Shown: positions 13,489-26,481, numbered from the stretch's first letter. The stretch: 64,000 nucleotides of DNA from Amphiscolops sp. MND2022 (GCA_964187785.1 OZ076409.1:50282001-50346000); one strand, 5' to 3'. Program-made: numbers and translations. The notes: generated by a model from the sequence alone, not told the origin.

Positions 13489-13499
13489 AAAACGGGGAA
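13489..13499 (+). promoter_or_regulatory. Gypsy-1 polypurine tract
   Basis: AAAACGGGGAA immediately before the 3' LTR. Confidence 0.75.
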
Positions 13500-13701
13500 T
13501 GTGGTAGTGTAAATGAATGACACTCAGACATTGTTTGTAAATAAATACAACATACCTGTCAACAGTCTAAACCTCAGAATAACCTGAGAAACATTTGCCT
13601 GAGAGCCTTAGAACAAGACAGTACTTCAAAAACATTCTCTTCATTGCAATTCACATATTAATCCTCTACATTGTTTTCCTTTACTGAGCTCCACGTCAAC
13701 A
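13500..13701 (+). repeat. Gypsy-1 3' LTR
   Basis: Identical by eye to 8471-8672 and followed by the TSD CGGCC. Confidence 0.95.
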
Positions 13702-14099
13702 CGGCCACGGAACTCTTACCTCTAATGTCTTCAACGCAGGAGCGACGTACCATTGCCGATACAGTGACTGGCTTTGACCAAGGCCTTGCATGAAGGACGT
13801 AAAGCGCCGGGGAAGGAGAAAGGCCGAGTCATATAATTTTTTAAAATTGTAGGCCTTGATGTCCGCTTGAGGCGTAATGTGCGGAACCAGTTTTTTGATA
13901 CATTGTACGTTTTTATTATCGAACATTGAAGGTAATGATTATTGCAGCTCAAAGCAGAAAGAATATTGTGCAACGTAGTCATACATGATTTGCCAATAAT
14001 GGAAACATGCTGACTAGTTAGAGCACTTAATTCAACACTGTTCCCTACTGAGTATCAGTTTTGCTGTAAGACGCCTCCCTTGCGTTGTAAATATTTGCT

Positions 14100-17000
14100 T
14101 AGATAAAATTAACAACCGTTCCAACACAAACCTATGGTACTATTTTGAGTAATTGTTTCATTGGTTTTTTCAGGTTGTATGGCGTCAGTTGGAATTGCGG
14201 ATCAAATATTGTTTTGTTTTCCTTTTTCCGCTGTAACAGTGGAGGGATAAAATTCCCTTTTTGGATTTTGGTTTCTGTATTGATGGTTGGAGTGCTATGA
14301 AAATTGTTTTCAAGAAGTGAAATCGAAAAAAGTAGCCTTAAATCTGAATAATATTACACCGGAATTTCGTTCGAAAAATTTGCTCAACGGAAACAAAATC
14401 ACTTCACGTTAGCCTTCCGTCGACTATTAGTTCTACTAAATTTTCATCACCGTGTTTCTGGCTGTTTTGTGAGTAAAAACAATAACTAACATCACCATGA
14501 CCAACTCCCGACGTTGGCAATCGGTAAACCAGCCGGAAGCGAGCTGTGTCAGGGCACCTCTTGATCTTGATATGATTGACCCGTTATAATGGGGTTTTTC
14601 TTGTGATCAGGATCCACCGTTTTCTGTTTGTGCCTAGCCTTTCCTATGTGCCTATATGCAGTGAATTCCTCGACCGCCGAAAGTGCATCACGCCTCGACG
14701 TCGTCCAGTTTCATGCCATATATTTCCTCTATTTGAGCGGTTGAAGGTTTCAATAGGTCATCTAGTCTATCACCTTCTTTGCAGGAACCACAGTTGGGGG
14801 GACGTAATGGTTATTTCTTTTAGCACGGGGGCCGCGAGCAAGGGAGGTAAGGAACGCGGTGTATCAGGCTCTTCATTAAAATCATCACTTCTTCTTCTGC
14901 TAGGAGGCCTACCACCAGGAACGTCTTTTCTCCGTTCACCTTTTTGGGTAAGATGTCAATTCCCAATTTTCCCTGGAGATTCTTATGATTCAAAAGTTTA
15001 CGCGGAGAGTCTTGACACAATTAAGTCCACAAAGGATTTGGATAAATCCTCCTCGCTACAACTTGTGGCTTCCATAGACGATTCAGTTAGGTCCAGCGTT
15101 CCAATCATACTGAGGGGTAGAGACTGTAAGGGAGTGCTTTGTAAATTTTCTTCTTCGTCCGAGGAGATGTCAACAATGATTCTGCCAAGGTACGCCATTT
15201 AGAAAAAATGATATTTGATAGCAGTTTTATTGACTATTTCCTGCATTGGGTGAATCAATAAAACAAATTAAATTTCCAGTTTTCAGCAGATTTTAGGTTT
15301 CTTTGCTTCGGTTCATTTCTTTTTAATTTTTTCTACTCCCATTTGGAAGGGCTTCGCTCCCGTTTTTGACATGATTGGCTGAGGGGGAGAACATAGCTTT
15401 TACTCTTCAATTTCTTCTTCTTGAGTTTTGTCATCATGACGTCATCAATTCTTTTCATTTGAGCAGTGTCACTTTGACGTCACCACCTCCAAAATGGTTT
15501 TTTTTCTCGATTGATTGTTTCTTTGCCGTGTTGATGAAGAGAGATACCAATGTGCCTACCTCTGCCACTGGCTTTGTCAGTGTTAAAGAAACGGTGTTTG
15601 CTTGGACCGAGGAAGACTTGCGGCATTCCGGGTTTGAAATTGCACAATCTACTCCAGGTTGATATAATCTTTCCGACTTTGAAGGGTGATTGGATTTTTA
15701 CTCGATGATCAGCTGTTTTTATCTTACTCGATTATCTGACGCGTCTGAACCGGATCTTCATTTTCAGTAGCTACACTTGTTGATCCATCTTCTAGACTTG
15801 ATGTTCTTTCAAGTTCCACGGCTCTTCCCGAGGCTTTGGAGGTGCTACGTATTTCTGAGGAGTTGGTTGCGACTTGTTCCCTCAAAGATCGTGCTGTTGA
15901 GTCTCATGGAGAAGAGGGCTTCTGGTTGTCGCATTTTATCTGGTGGTTGGATGGTTCTCTTGTTAGTTGTGGCAGGTCTTGACGATATTGGTGCAGGCGT
16001 TGCCGAAGGAGTTGCGTCAAGTGGGTCAATGAAGTAGTGGCATTGTGGAGGAAGTTGAAAACTCTACACTGCTCACCATCCAGAGCAGTATGTGTGGAAT
16101 CTATTTTATTCGATTTCACGACTACTTTGTGTTATCTGCTGTTTTCTTTTTCTGTGTGATCCTGCTTGCTTTGTAATTGCGTTTTATTTTCGCGTAGCAA
16201 GTGGTTTCATACATTTTGTTGCCAAGTGGTTTGAACGAACCGTCTGAGAAGGTTGATGATCATCTCAGTGATTAGTAAAAAAACCGCAAACACAGCATCC
16301 GCAAATTCCTCACAGGCAGATCTGGGCCTGAATCCGTTGTTCCCGGATTTCATTTCTGGTCAGACAATTGGTCGTGGAAATTTCTTCTAATGTAAAGTTT
16401 GCAGGCGGGACGACTCCATGGCGTCGCATCGATTCGGCGAGTTCGGGCGTCACTTCAGCTCTGATGCTCACTGGTATCAAGATGTGACGTACCGAGTTCA
16501 TGAGTCATGAGGCCTTCCAGTGTTTAATATAATAATTGAGCCCATGACCCTGTCTGAGATGCAACTGGCAGACTTTCGTTCGCGATACTTTGTCTTCCTC
16601 GGTGGAAGGGCTTTCCTTTCCGAGGTAAATACTCCCGATGCAACCTCGTGTGGAGTTGAAAGTGCAATTCATGACTTTTGTGTGATGTTTGTGTGACCTG
16701 TTCAAACTTGTGGGTGACTTTACTCTGTTAAGATGACTATGGGGGCACTTCTGCGCATTGTTGCGTGAGCGTGAGCTCGAATTCTTCCTGAGTTGAAACC
16801 GTTCGGAAACTGTGTTTAGGGAGGAGTTCCTTTTTTGCTTTCTTATTCAACCCATGCGTCTCGTGTGTGTTGGTGTTTCTTCCTTTTTTGCTATAGGAAG
16901 AATAGGCTATTTTGTTTTTTTGCGCCCACATGAATGGGGGAGGAAAATCAAGATCTGTCTTTCATTTTTTACCAATTTCTGCCAAATCTCCATTCTATAC

Positions 17001-19260
17001 TCGCTTCAATTACGTACGCGAACTTTTGACGTTTTATCCGAAGCAAATTGCGTTTTACTGAGGAGTAAGCGGAAGTTTTAAATCATTACGCTATGTCCGA
17101 ATTTTTGATGTATTATCCAAAGTAAACTGCGTTTAACCAAGGAGGACGCGAAGTTTCAGAACTATTGCGCAACCTCCGAATTTTGATGTTATCTCCGAAG
17201 TAATTCCGGTTAACCAACGACTAGGTAATATTTGATCAAGCGTCTATAGTTAGCAAATTGAAGGCGAAAATTATCCCGGTGCGTTACGGGCGTCTTGTTT
17301 TGTCAAGGTTCGAGTTTGCTTAGTCATTTCTTTGCCAGGGGCTTGCGCTGCGTGTGTTGAGGTTGCCGTTAATATCACGAGTTTCAAGGAAACTAGCCTG
17401 CAATTTGTAAAGGAGAAAACCTTTGAAAATTGCTTCGTGGTTTAATGGGAGGAGAGTCATATAAGAAGATCTGCGAAGGTGTACATTCCCTTGATCAACC
17501 TATGCCGGATGCTGGAATGGTCCCTTTGTCACCTGTTGTTTACAGTTTGGAGTTCACCATGTGTCTGTCCGCGGTGCTAGTTCGTCAATGTTGCGAGTTC
17601 TGGGAGACGGTCGGAGTGATGGTTGATAATTTTGTAATCCATCAGCGTTTTGATGAGAACCTGCAGTGTTTCCGTCAGGCACAGCGGGACGTTTTTGGCA
17701 TTGTGAAGATTACTACACTGGTTAAATTCATTGTCAACCGCACGAAAAGTGCGTTATACGAGGCTTGTACGGAGGGCTGAACGCCAAGTGTGTAGGCCAA
17801 CGTTCCGTGGATTTTTGTCACATGCGAGGCTTGCTGAGTGACCTAATGGAACTGCCGCCATCCATACGCCTCTACATCCGCTGCATGGGATTGCCTCGCG
17901 CCAAGGACAACAGCGATAGCGTCAGTGGCGTTATTTCTTTTTGTTCAGCGATTCGGATTTTTGGAATTTCGTATAAAATTGTTGTTCTTCATAGCTGAGA
18001 GGGACAGACGGGTGTGTCTTTGCGGACTATGTGATCGTCTTCAGAGTTGGACTTCTGCATCTGACGCTCGATACCCATGGGTTTTGCTGTGTTTTAGATA
18101 GTGGGTTTTTTGGTAATACTATTTTCCTTTTTCTTCGTTTCTCTTGTTTGGGAGCTCATCGTGATTGTTACTGTGTATTTTAGTCCAAATCAATTTCTTG
18201 AAGTTGCGACAGTGTAGGAGTGACTACGACATTCACTGATACGGACAACTTTCTAACTTCGTCTATTGCCTACTGCAAGAAACAAAGGAGATCGTAGAAT
18301 TCTGCGGCATCCACAAATGGGAGGGTTATATGTGTTCGACGAAGATTGAATCTTTCAGGACGACTCCCCTGGAAGTGTTTCCAACCAACTATCCATGAGT
18401 TTGGCAAAGATATGCTGGCTGCTGAAACAATTGCAGTGCGAGTTATTCGTGCACGTTGAAAGGAGTTCAATAATCGAGTTGCAGTGTTCTTTGTGGAGAG
18501 CGCTACCGCAATATCAGGGGTTGCAAAGGGTCCTCACAGCTTTTTCTCGCGATGAAAGTGCGAAAAGAAAGGGACAACAGCAGTGTGTTCGAGCTGTTTG
18601 CTGAACTGTGCAGATTGGATGGGGTTTGTGGAGCGATTCCCTCGATTTCAGTAGTCGAGTGGTAGAGAAGTGGGAATCATTCGAGTGCTGGACGTGCGGC
18701 TAAAAGTTGCCGGATGTCGTTGAGTTTTTATTGCGTGATTTTGGTTTCAAGTCAGGCTTAAAGCAGTAGCACTTTAAGTGCTGTTTTGAAGAAGAAAAGG
18801 GCAGACGATAATCGACAAAGCAAGGGGGCTCGTCAAGTAGTGAAGTACGAGCGCTAGAACACCGTCCAAGACAGACGGGGAAAAGTCCAAGAAAGGAGTT
18901 GATCCTGACGTTTATCATCAGTCACGAGCGAGTTTTGTTACATACTGCCTTCTATGTTTTGATTGCATTGAAAATGTTGCATTGAAAAAATGACGCTGTT
19001 GTATTTATTTAATTCCCTCTCGAAAACGAGAGATGGAATAAACTGACGTTGCCATTCCGTTTCAGTTTAGTAAGGTGCTTGCTTTCGTTTAGATTTCAGA
19101 GTGACGTAGGTCTTCCGTTGTTCCTGAGTCGAACATTTTAAAAATCAAGATTAAAATTGGGTCTTGTATTAGGGCGCAGGTTGTATCTGCTTATTTTTCT
19201 CCGGTTATATTTGACTACTATGGCCGGAAGGTTGGGAGAAACGGGAGGACTTTTTTTAGG
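14100..19260 (-). mobile_element. 3' remnant of a decayed minus-strand Gypsy related to Gypsy-2 (pol tail, antisense cargo, probable 3' LTR start at 14551)
   Basis: Minus strand ~19140-19205 encodes 'RRKISRYNLRPNTRPNFNLDF', like the Gypsy-2 pol tail 'SPRKSKYNLRQNPTSNWKPDF'. Its cargo is homologous to the Gypsy-2 cargo. On the minus strand, purine-rich AAGATCAAGAGG precedes TGACACAGC at 14551, like AAAGAAGCCGAGGG before TGTCACAGC in Gypsy-2. Left boundary uncertain. Confidence 0.55.
16380..18000 (+). pseudogene. Decayed antisense cargo gene with BED-like zinc finger
   Basis: Plus frame at ~16395-16510 gives CKVCRRDDSMASHRFGEFGRHFSSDAHWYQDVTYRVHE, which aligns with CAVCRKDVSFLSRGPRGIWRHFKCKGHYLKDRRYRLDHE (48936-49607). 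'TTLVKFIVNRTKSALYEA' aligns with 'ATVEYLVQRLKRVRHQA' and 'MGLPR' with 'LGLPR' (48065-48784). Confidence 0.6.
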
Positions 19261-19406
19261 CGGCGGAGGTAAAATGTAGATGTCACGACCTGCTCCCGGT
19301 CGGTGTTACAATTGCAACGAAGGACTACACAAACTTACCCCCGGACTCGCCCATGGGGCCCTTAAAAAGTAAATAATTTACCTTGTTTTCTCGCACTGTA
19401 GCACGA

Positions 19407-19695
19407 TGTCACAGCCCCACTTGAGCTGTGAGTACTGCAGCAGAGCCAACCCAGTCTTCAAAGAATAAATTAGGAAATGGAAGAAGGAGAAATGAAAACA
19501 GAAAATCAGAAAACAATCATTCCAATCCATATAACCTGAAACAATGGCGCTAAATGATATGTGCAATATAATTGATTAAATAAATATACACATACATATA
19601 TATTAGTATTTATACAATTATACACATACACATATATACGTACTTACAGCATAACGGAGCTATGGTGCAGTTAATAATAATAATAATAATAATAA
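19407..19695 (+). repeat. Gypsy-2 5' LTR, left part, ending in (TAA)8
   Basis: TGTCACAGCCCCACTTGAGC...GGTGCAGT(TAA)8, highly similar to 51619-51923. Homology starts exactly at TG. Confidence 0.88.
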
Positions 19696-22600
19696 GTAAT
19701 CGTAATGCCAAACTACACCCAATTTTACACTGCGCAGGACAAATGACACCGCTAAGTAAATATCAGTGCCAAGTTACACCTTTATTATTAAGATATTAAG
19801 TGGGGTATTTGGTATGTGTAGATTGTTTCCAAAGGGGTTTCTCGTCCTTAAGAATAACCTGCAAAACTGTTTTCCGCAAGCCATTTAAACCCATACAGTG
19901 GGTTCCACAAAGTTCCACAAAGTTCCACAAAGTGGGCACACTAGTTTCACAAAATCTAACGCAATTCTTATGATGACATACAACACCAGTTTATGACCCC
20001 ATGATTAATCACCAGCACTCAATTTTCAGTACTAGCACATTTCCAATCATGAGATAGATTTGGTGAAAGTTAACCAAATTTACAAGGTTTTTTCCCCTAA
20101 TTTGGGAATAATGCTTTAGTTTCGACGAAATTAATTTCAGGAAAAACAATTGCTTGGTGAAATAACTGATACCGAAAGTAATAAAGCTCTCGTTAAACTT
20201 TTTAAAACTAGGTACAAAATCGTGCATTGAAAGAACCATGAGCGGAAATGGGATCTTTTTTGTTAATTCGCCCCACCGATTCAATTCTCACCGCTAAACG
20301 GTTAAGGGAAATTATCAATGAATTATTAAACTACAATCGAATTGGAGTTCATGCGTTCAGTTTTTTATGGTTTACATAGTAGCAAACAACCATTAGCATG
20401 AAATTTATCTGAAATGTTTCATGTTCCAATTTTCAAGAACTTTCTTTTTTTCTAAAATTCCGAGTGAAAATTAACAGAAAAATTTCGAACAGTTTAGTTT
20501 TTTTTCGAATTCCGTACGAAAGTATATTATTCTTCACGGAAATTTCAACAACGAAGCCCCCCCAACACGGAGGAACATTTTAATCTTTAAAAGTATTCCA
20601 CTCATATGAACATCAATAAAAAGGTAAATACCAAATAACATAAGAGCAAATAACTTAAGAACAAAATTAATTTCAAATAGCATAAAAATAAAACCGAAAA
20701 CCTGGTTAAACAATCAAATTCACAAAACTTGATTTGTAATTTTCATACTTTTTCCAGTTAATCTTTTGAATTGTGAATGATTTTGACCAGTAAAACTTTC
20801 TCGTAAGCAATTTTATGTTTATGTTTGGTGAAACTCAATTAATTTTTATGTTATTTGAAACTAATTTTGTTTTTATGTTGTTTGCTCTTATGGTAGTTGG
20901 GAATTCACCTAAATAAAATGTGCTTTCGTGCTGGGGGATTCACAAACAAGGTGTACCTGGGAGAAATAATTATAACCCATTTCAGGTTACAATCTCGCAG
21001 CAAGGTTCAGTAAGTATTATGTCGACATCGTTTGCTGAGAAATTTAATTATTCAATCTCCATTTCAACTGACTGACAAGCTGAAATGAATATAATTGGTG
21101 AAACTATTGGCCAATAAAACGCAATTGTGCATGTCTTCAAAAATTGTCCTCTGATATTAAATATTGGAGTTGTTTGTCCTTTGATTTTTAATGCGGGGGT
21201 TATTTGTCTTCTGATATTAAAAATGGAGTTACTTGTCCTTTGGTATTTTTAATGCGGGGGTTATTTGTCCTCTGATATTAAATATTGGAGTTACTTGTTC
21301 TCTGGGATTTTCAATATAGGGGGTTATTTGTCCGCTTCTATTTATATAGGAGTTATTTATTCAAACCTCTGGTATTCAAAATAGAGGTTGAATTCTGGAA
21401 TAAATATTCTGGAGATTATCTTTGTCAAACTTTGCAGATTAATACGACCACCTTGTTTCTTAATTCCCACCAGGCAGTGGCCAAAAACTCCGAAAGTTTA
21501 TTTATTTATTTCAGTTGAAAAAATACGCAGATAAGCAAAGAATGAAAATTCAACCGGTGCTCTCGTTTCGGTCCGCCCCACGTTTTAAAATCCTGAACCC
21601 GCCCCTAATTATTTTCGATAGAAAACATCAATATCGACGTTGTAATTGAAATCAAATAAATGAAGTAAATTCAGTTTAATTCACAAACGAACATGTGCTT
21701 TTGTGTTGCGGGAAATACAAAACAAGGCATACCTGGCAGCAATAAGAATTATGCATTCCAGGTTACAATTTTCTCGCATTAAGGTTCATTTAGAATTATG
21801 TCGACATCGTTTGCGATGTAATTTTGGTCCAAAAACAATAGTGATGTCGTCAAATAATTTTTATTTCATCTGACTGACAAGCTGAATTTAATTTAATTGG
21901 TGGAACTCTCGGCCAATAAAAACGCAATTATGCATGTCTTCAAAAAGTGTTTGAAGCATTGCGAATATTGCAATATGAAGCAAAAGAATATTATAAAAAG
22001 CTTTGCGCTTTGGAAAAATAAATCGATGCTTCAGGTATGAGAATGAAATAATAATCCCAAAAACAACCATATGCTGATAAATGCTGCAATACGACAGGCT
22101 TGTAATCTTGGAAAAAATGAAAGTTCTATTAGATGCAACTAATACTTATTTGGAAAGGATTTAGTAATGTAATTTATACGTTGTTTTGAATTTGCCAATC
22201 AAATATCTAAACAAACTAATTTTTGACGTTTGTCACGCGGGAGAGAAACGTTATTGAATGATGGAAAGAAACCAACTAATTTATATTTAAATAAAAGTTG
22301 ACCAACGAACGTCACGAAGTCTTTCTGCTTTCTAGCGTGACTAACGTCAAAAAGGTTTTCTGCTTCCGCAAGTTCGCAGTTTCGCATAGTGATTGTAATA
22401 GATTACCCATGTTCACCCTTGATTGACACAAATACAAATCGAAATTATTTAAAGTGATGAAGTTTTCATTTAAAGAATAATCCTACTTTAAAAACATTGA
22501 ATGTCTGACAAGCTGAATTGCAAGATCCAGAGTTGTTTTGAAACAATTATTTTCAAATAGTTGAAACTTTGAAAGCTCAAGAACTTTCATGCATTCAGTT

Positions 22601-23663
22601 TTTCATGATTTACATAGTAGCAAACAACCATAAGAATGATAATAATCTGAAATGTTTATTGTTTCAATTTTTTGTTTGAAAAATAGCATTAAAAACCTTA
22701 TCAAAACAAGAATTTGTTTCAAGAATGAAATGACATTTTTCGGGGGCAATTTTTTATATTTTATATATTAAACAACTTTGATAAAAATTACAAAAAAACT
22801 TTCTGATGGGGGTGTTAATTCTTATTTCCCTCATGAGTTGCACCTTGTTACGAATCCTCCGATTTCACGGAATTGATTCCAAAACGTGCTTTCGTTTGGG
22901 GTGGGTTCAAAAGTGTGAAATCATTGGCGAATGCGGCAGCAAAGAAATTTGAGCATAAACATCATTGATCAAAAATACACAAGAACATGCCATTCTGATT
23001 TCGGGAGGGGGGTTAATTTTTATCTCCCCCATGAGTTACACTTTGTTACGAACACCCGCCTCCCCAACTCAAGAGGTACCTGGGAGAAAATTTCATAACC
23101 AATTTCAGGTTACAATTTTCTCGCAACAAGGTACCTCTAGAATTTTAGAATTATTTTGACATCGTTTGCTGTGAACACTTTGGTTCAAAGTGAAAGTTCA
23201 CATGTCATTTTGCATACAAGAATTGCAGCAATGGTATACGTGCCAGAAGGAGTAATTTGTCATCTAATTTGCCGTCCGCAGAACTTTTCAAGCAGCACAA
23301 AAACTGTACCATATCTAACTTCTTATACACCAATAGTCTGTGCGGTAATTGGTGTGAATGGCCTAATTAACGATGATGCGCCATAATACTACAAAAACAT
23401 TCAGAGTGTAGTTTGTCCTTAAGATTATCTGGAAGGTGGTTATTTGGTATTGGGAAAAGGACCTTAATAATTCAAGAATTACGCGATCAATTTCGTTCAA
23501 AGTTTGGCAAATTTCTTTTTTAAGGGTTTTCAGCTGCTTCCCTAAATTTCGTTTTCCTACTACCCGTGGAAGCGAAGATTCAGGATAATGCCAAACTACA
23601 CCCCAAAGAACCCCTCAGCTGGTGGTGTTTGGCATGTGGTAGAGTACAACTGTGGGGTTATTT
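19696..23663. mobile_element. Insertion A: non-coding putative non-autonomous element
   Basis: Starts right after (TAA)8 and ends at an N gap. Both ends carry AATGCCAAACTACACCC (~19703 and ~23587) followed by a G(G/T)GG(T/G)(A/G)TTTGG(T/C)ATGTG-like block. Internal duplications; no credible ORF. Confidence 0.5.
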
Positions 23664-23823
23664 NNNNNNNNNNNNNNNNNNNNNNNNNNNNNNNNNNNNN
23701 NNNNNNNNNNNNNNNNNNNNNNNNNNNNNNNNNNNNNNNNNNNNNNNNNNNNNNNNNNNNNNNNNNNNNNNNNNNNNNNNNNNNNNNNNNNNNNNNNNNN
23801 NNNNNNNNNNNNNNNNNNNNNNN
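23664..23823. other. Assembly gap (160 N) at the A/B junction
   Basis: Run of N. Confidence 1.
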
Positions 23824-24589
23824 ACCGAGAATTTTGGAACCATAGAGAGTCCGCGAGCCGATTTACCCTTGGCCATAGGTGGTTTTGGACATTTGCTTTT
23901 ATAGGAATTTTCCACGATAGCGGCAGTATTACCAATTTAACTACCTACCAAAATTAAGAGTGCATGCATATGCGCAGCTCGCTGCTATCAGCGTAACAAA
24001 GGAATAACCATTACGTAATTATACACTCTATGGCATGTGACGTCATAAGTATTCAGGCCAGGATTATTCGTTCAATGGGGTTCTGATGTCATTTCAATAC
24101 TTTGTAGAATTGTTTTTATTGTTCTGATCACATAACAGTTGTATATTTAAACTTCTTCAAGCGTTTTGAAACAAATTTGATCAAAATAGTGATTCGACCA
24201 TAATTACTCACAACACCAACATCAATTTCAATAGGACTTCCCATGGCAAAAGCGATTAGATTGGTGTGCTGATGACAAAACTGGGACTAAAATCGTTAAC
24301 GAAGAGGGTTCAGATGACACCTTTTATCCCATTGAGTTGAACGTTGGAATGACTTTCCGTTCGATACCACCAATTATTTCCACAAAGCAAGCAAACGAAT
24401 AAAATTCAACCTCAAAAACTTAATATCGAAATCGTGAGGAAAGACCTAAAAAGGAAAAATTGTTTTTGTTCTCAGAATCCGGAACAAATCCTAAAAAACA
24501 ATCATTGAAAATGATTTCCCACAACTCAGTGAGACCCTGTTCAAAAAACCAGACTGATCGACTGGCTCAAAATGAAGTATTGTCACTTT

Positions 24590-25200
24590 ATGACTTTTAT
24601 TATGATCAATTTTTTATCAGACTTCCAGTGGCATAAGCAACAAATCTGAGCAAACTTTGACCCCCGATTTCTATAAACTGTCGCAAACAAACTATTGAAC
24701 GAACGCTGTGATAAATTTCTCAAATCAGGAGCTTCATTATACTACATCAATGGGGCTTTTATTTTCTCGAAATGTTGGAAAATAATCACATTTCGGTTTT
24801 TGTGCTGATCAATTTTTATTAGACACACTGTGGCAGTAGCTGCGGTTGATTTCTAGAAACTGTCGCAAGCAAACTACTGATAGAACGCTGTGATAAATTT
24901 CCCAATTGAGGAGCTTCATTATACTACATCATTGGCGCTTTTATTTTCTCGAATTGTTAGGAAAAATCAGTTTTTCGGTTTTTGTGCTGATCAATATTTA
25001 TGAGACACACAGTGGCATTAGCTACAAATCTGAAGATACTTTGACGGTTGATTTCTCGAAACTGTCGCAAGCAAACTACTGATTAGAAAGCTGTGATAAA
25101 TTCCTCAATTAGGGAGTTTTATTATATACATCATTGACGCTTTTATTTGCTCGAACTAGCTGGAATACATCAGCAGTTTGGTGTTTATGCCGAAATTATA
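24590..25200 (+). repeat. Tandem repeat, ~3 units of ~180-190 bp, inside insertion B
   Basis: Recurring TGATCAATTTTT..AGACAC..GTGGCA, AAACTGTCGCAAGCAAACTACTGA..GCTGTGATAAATT and GGAGCTTCATTAT.CTACATCA blocks. Confidence 0.75.
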
Positions 25201-25344
25201 TAGTCCAAAATTTCACAAAAAACGTCGTTATATTACTTTTGTCAACTCGGGAAAGTGTGTTTTTTTGCAGAAACGCGTCAGATATGCATCTGAGACAACA
25301 AACATTCATCTCGAAGCGCCTCAATAGATCTGCAGCCTATTGTT

Positions 25345-25785
25345 TTGTTGTCAAAGAATTCTGAGGAGAACCAAGACATTTTCAATAGAAATAAAAAAAA
25401 GACGAAAAAAGCTGAAAACATAGACTTAAATCAAAAACGAACTTCTAGAGCTGTGGCAACTGACTTAGACACCGTGTATCAACCTCCCCATGCAACGAAA
25501 TTACCCAATATCGTCGAAACGAGACTGAAATCGCAAAATGAACTAGAAGATAAGTTTGGTCACTTTGCGCAAAAAAGAATGAAATTCATCAAAAAACTCG
25601 ATACTCGTTCTCGAAAACTCAAAAAATCAGGTTGGGGAATTATTGCGTTATTGAAATTTGAACTCACAAAAGCAGACAATAGAGATAAAATGTCAATTTT
25701 TGGCTCAATTGAAAATATTGAAGTTCAACTTTTTATAAACAATTTCTTTGAAGCTATTGTTGGCTTTGTCAGTTACGAAGTTTGA
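25345..25785 (+). pseudogene. Remnant of the C-terminal part of a D-type YR protein
   Basis: 'DTVYQPPHATKLPNIVETRLKSQNELEDKFGHFAQKRMKF' aligns without gaps to D 'DKEFLPPRNAKVVKIEDTNIKTRMKNEELYDEIARKLLKF' (12 of 40 identical by eye). Confidence 0.55.
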
Positions 25786-26423
25786 AACAGTTTAGTTATA
25801 ATTTGGGCAGAATTATATTTGGCTATAATAATTTGTAGCTATCGCTGAAGTTTCAGCTATCAATTTGAAAGTAAAAGATGATTTGAGTAGTAGGAAACTC
25901 ATCACCTTTGCCAACAAAATTCCAATAGTAACTTCAATTTACCCAACGGAAGTCTTATAATAAACCTAAATTCAATTTTCTACACAGAGAGTCTAATAAT
26001 ATTTGTAGATGCATATCAAGCTTGTACGGCCACCACACGATCGGAATAGTGTTGAGAGAAGTTGCTTTCAACGATATATCGATTAGCCAATGAGAGTTTA
26101 GTTCGATTTTGTGTTCCCATTTTGTTTACAATTCGCGTCCGACAGTTCCGCTTGCTAGACATAGCGAGTCTGATAGTTCACAAAAGGTACATCGAAAATG
26201 TTTGGGCGTCTGAAAACCGTTTTAAAACGTCATGACTCGAACAGAAAAATATGAAAAGTTGTTCTTGCTATTGGTGAAAGCGTTTTTGGGCTTTTGTAGT
26301 AATTAATTATTGCTTCTTTGCAGTATTTGACTTCATCGAAAATTCGCTGGAACCACAGAGAGTATTTGTGGTGCTATTGAGAGTAGTATAATTATCGATT
26401 TTTTGCCATAGAGAGTAGTATAA

Positions 26424-26426
<3 letters not shown>

Positions 26427-26480
<54 letters not shown>
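26427..26480 (+). repeat. (TAA)18 microsatellite at the B/C junction
   Basis: Direct count of the perfect repeat. Confidence 0.95.

Positions 26481-26481
<1 letters not shown>

Larger units (their letters stand above)
8471..13701 (+). mobile_element. Full-length intact Ty3/Gypsy LTR retrotransposon (Gypsy-1)
   Basis: Two 202-bp TG...CA LTRs, identical by eye; 5-bp TSD CGGCC at 8466-8470 and 13702-13706; PBS, PPT and a single uninterrupted gag-pol ORF. Confidence 0.97.
23824..26426 (+). mobile_element. Insertion B: internally deleted non-autonomous relative of YR element D
   Basis: Left end aligns with D (GCATGCATATGCGCAGC vs GCATGCACTTGCGCAGC; TACGTAATTATACACTCTATGGC vs GACGTAATTAGACACTCTCTGGC). 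CCATAGAGAGT motifs occur at both ends as in D. ORF 25345-25785 retains the D C-terminal region but has no YR core. Confidence 0.7.

Noticed and set aside
8100-14100. Host gene disrupted by Gypsy-1
   Set aside because: Rejoining the flanks at CGGCC gave no recognisable protein in any frame.
19407-19695. SINE/LINE 3' end with a (TAA)n tail (also 51619-51923)
   Set aside because: Homology starts exactly at TG, a PPT precedes the second copy, and the CACGA TSD pairs 19402-19406 with 57065-57069, showing these are LTR left halves.
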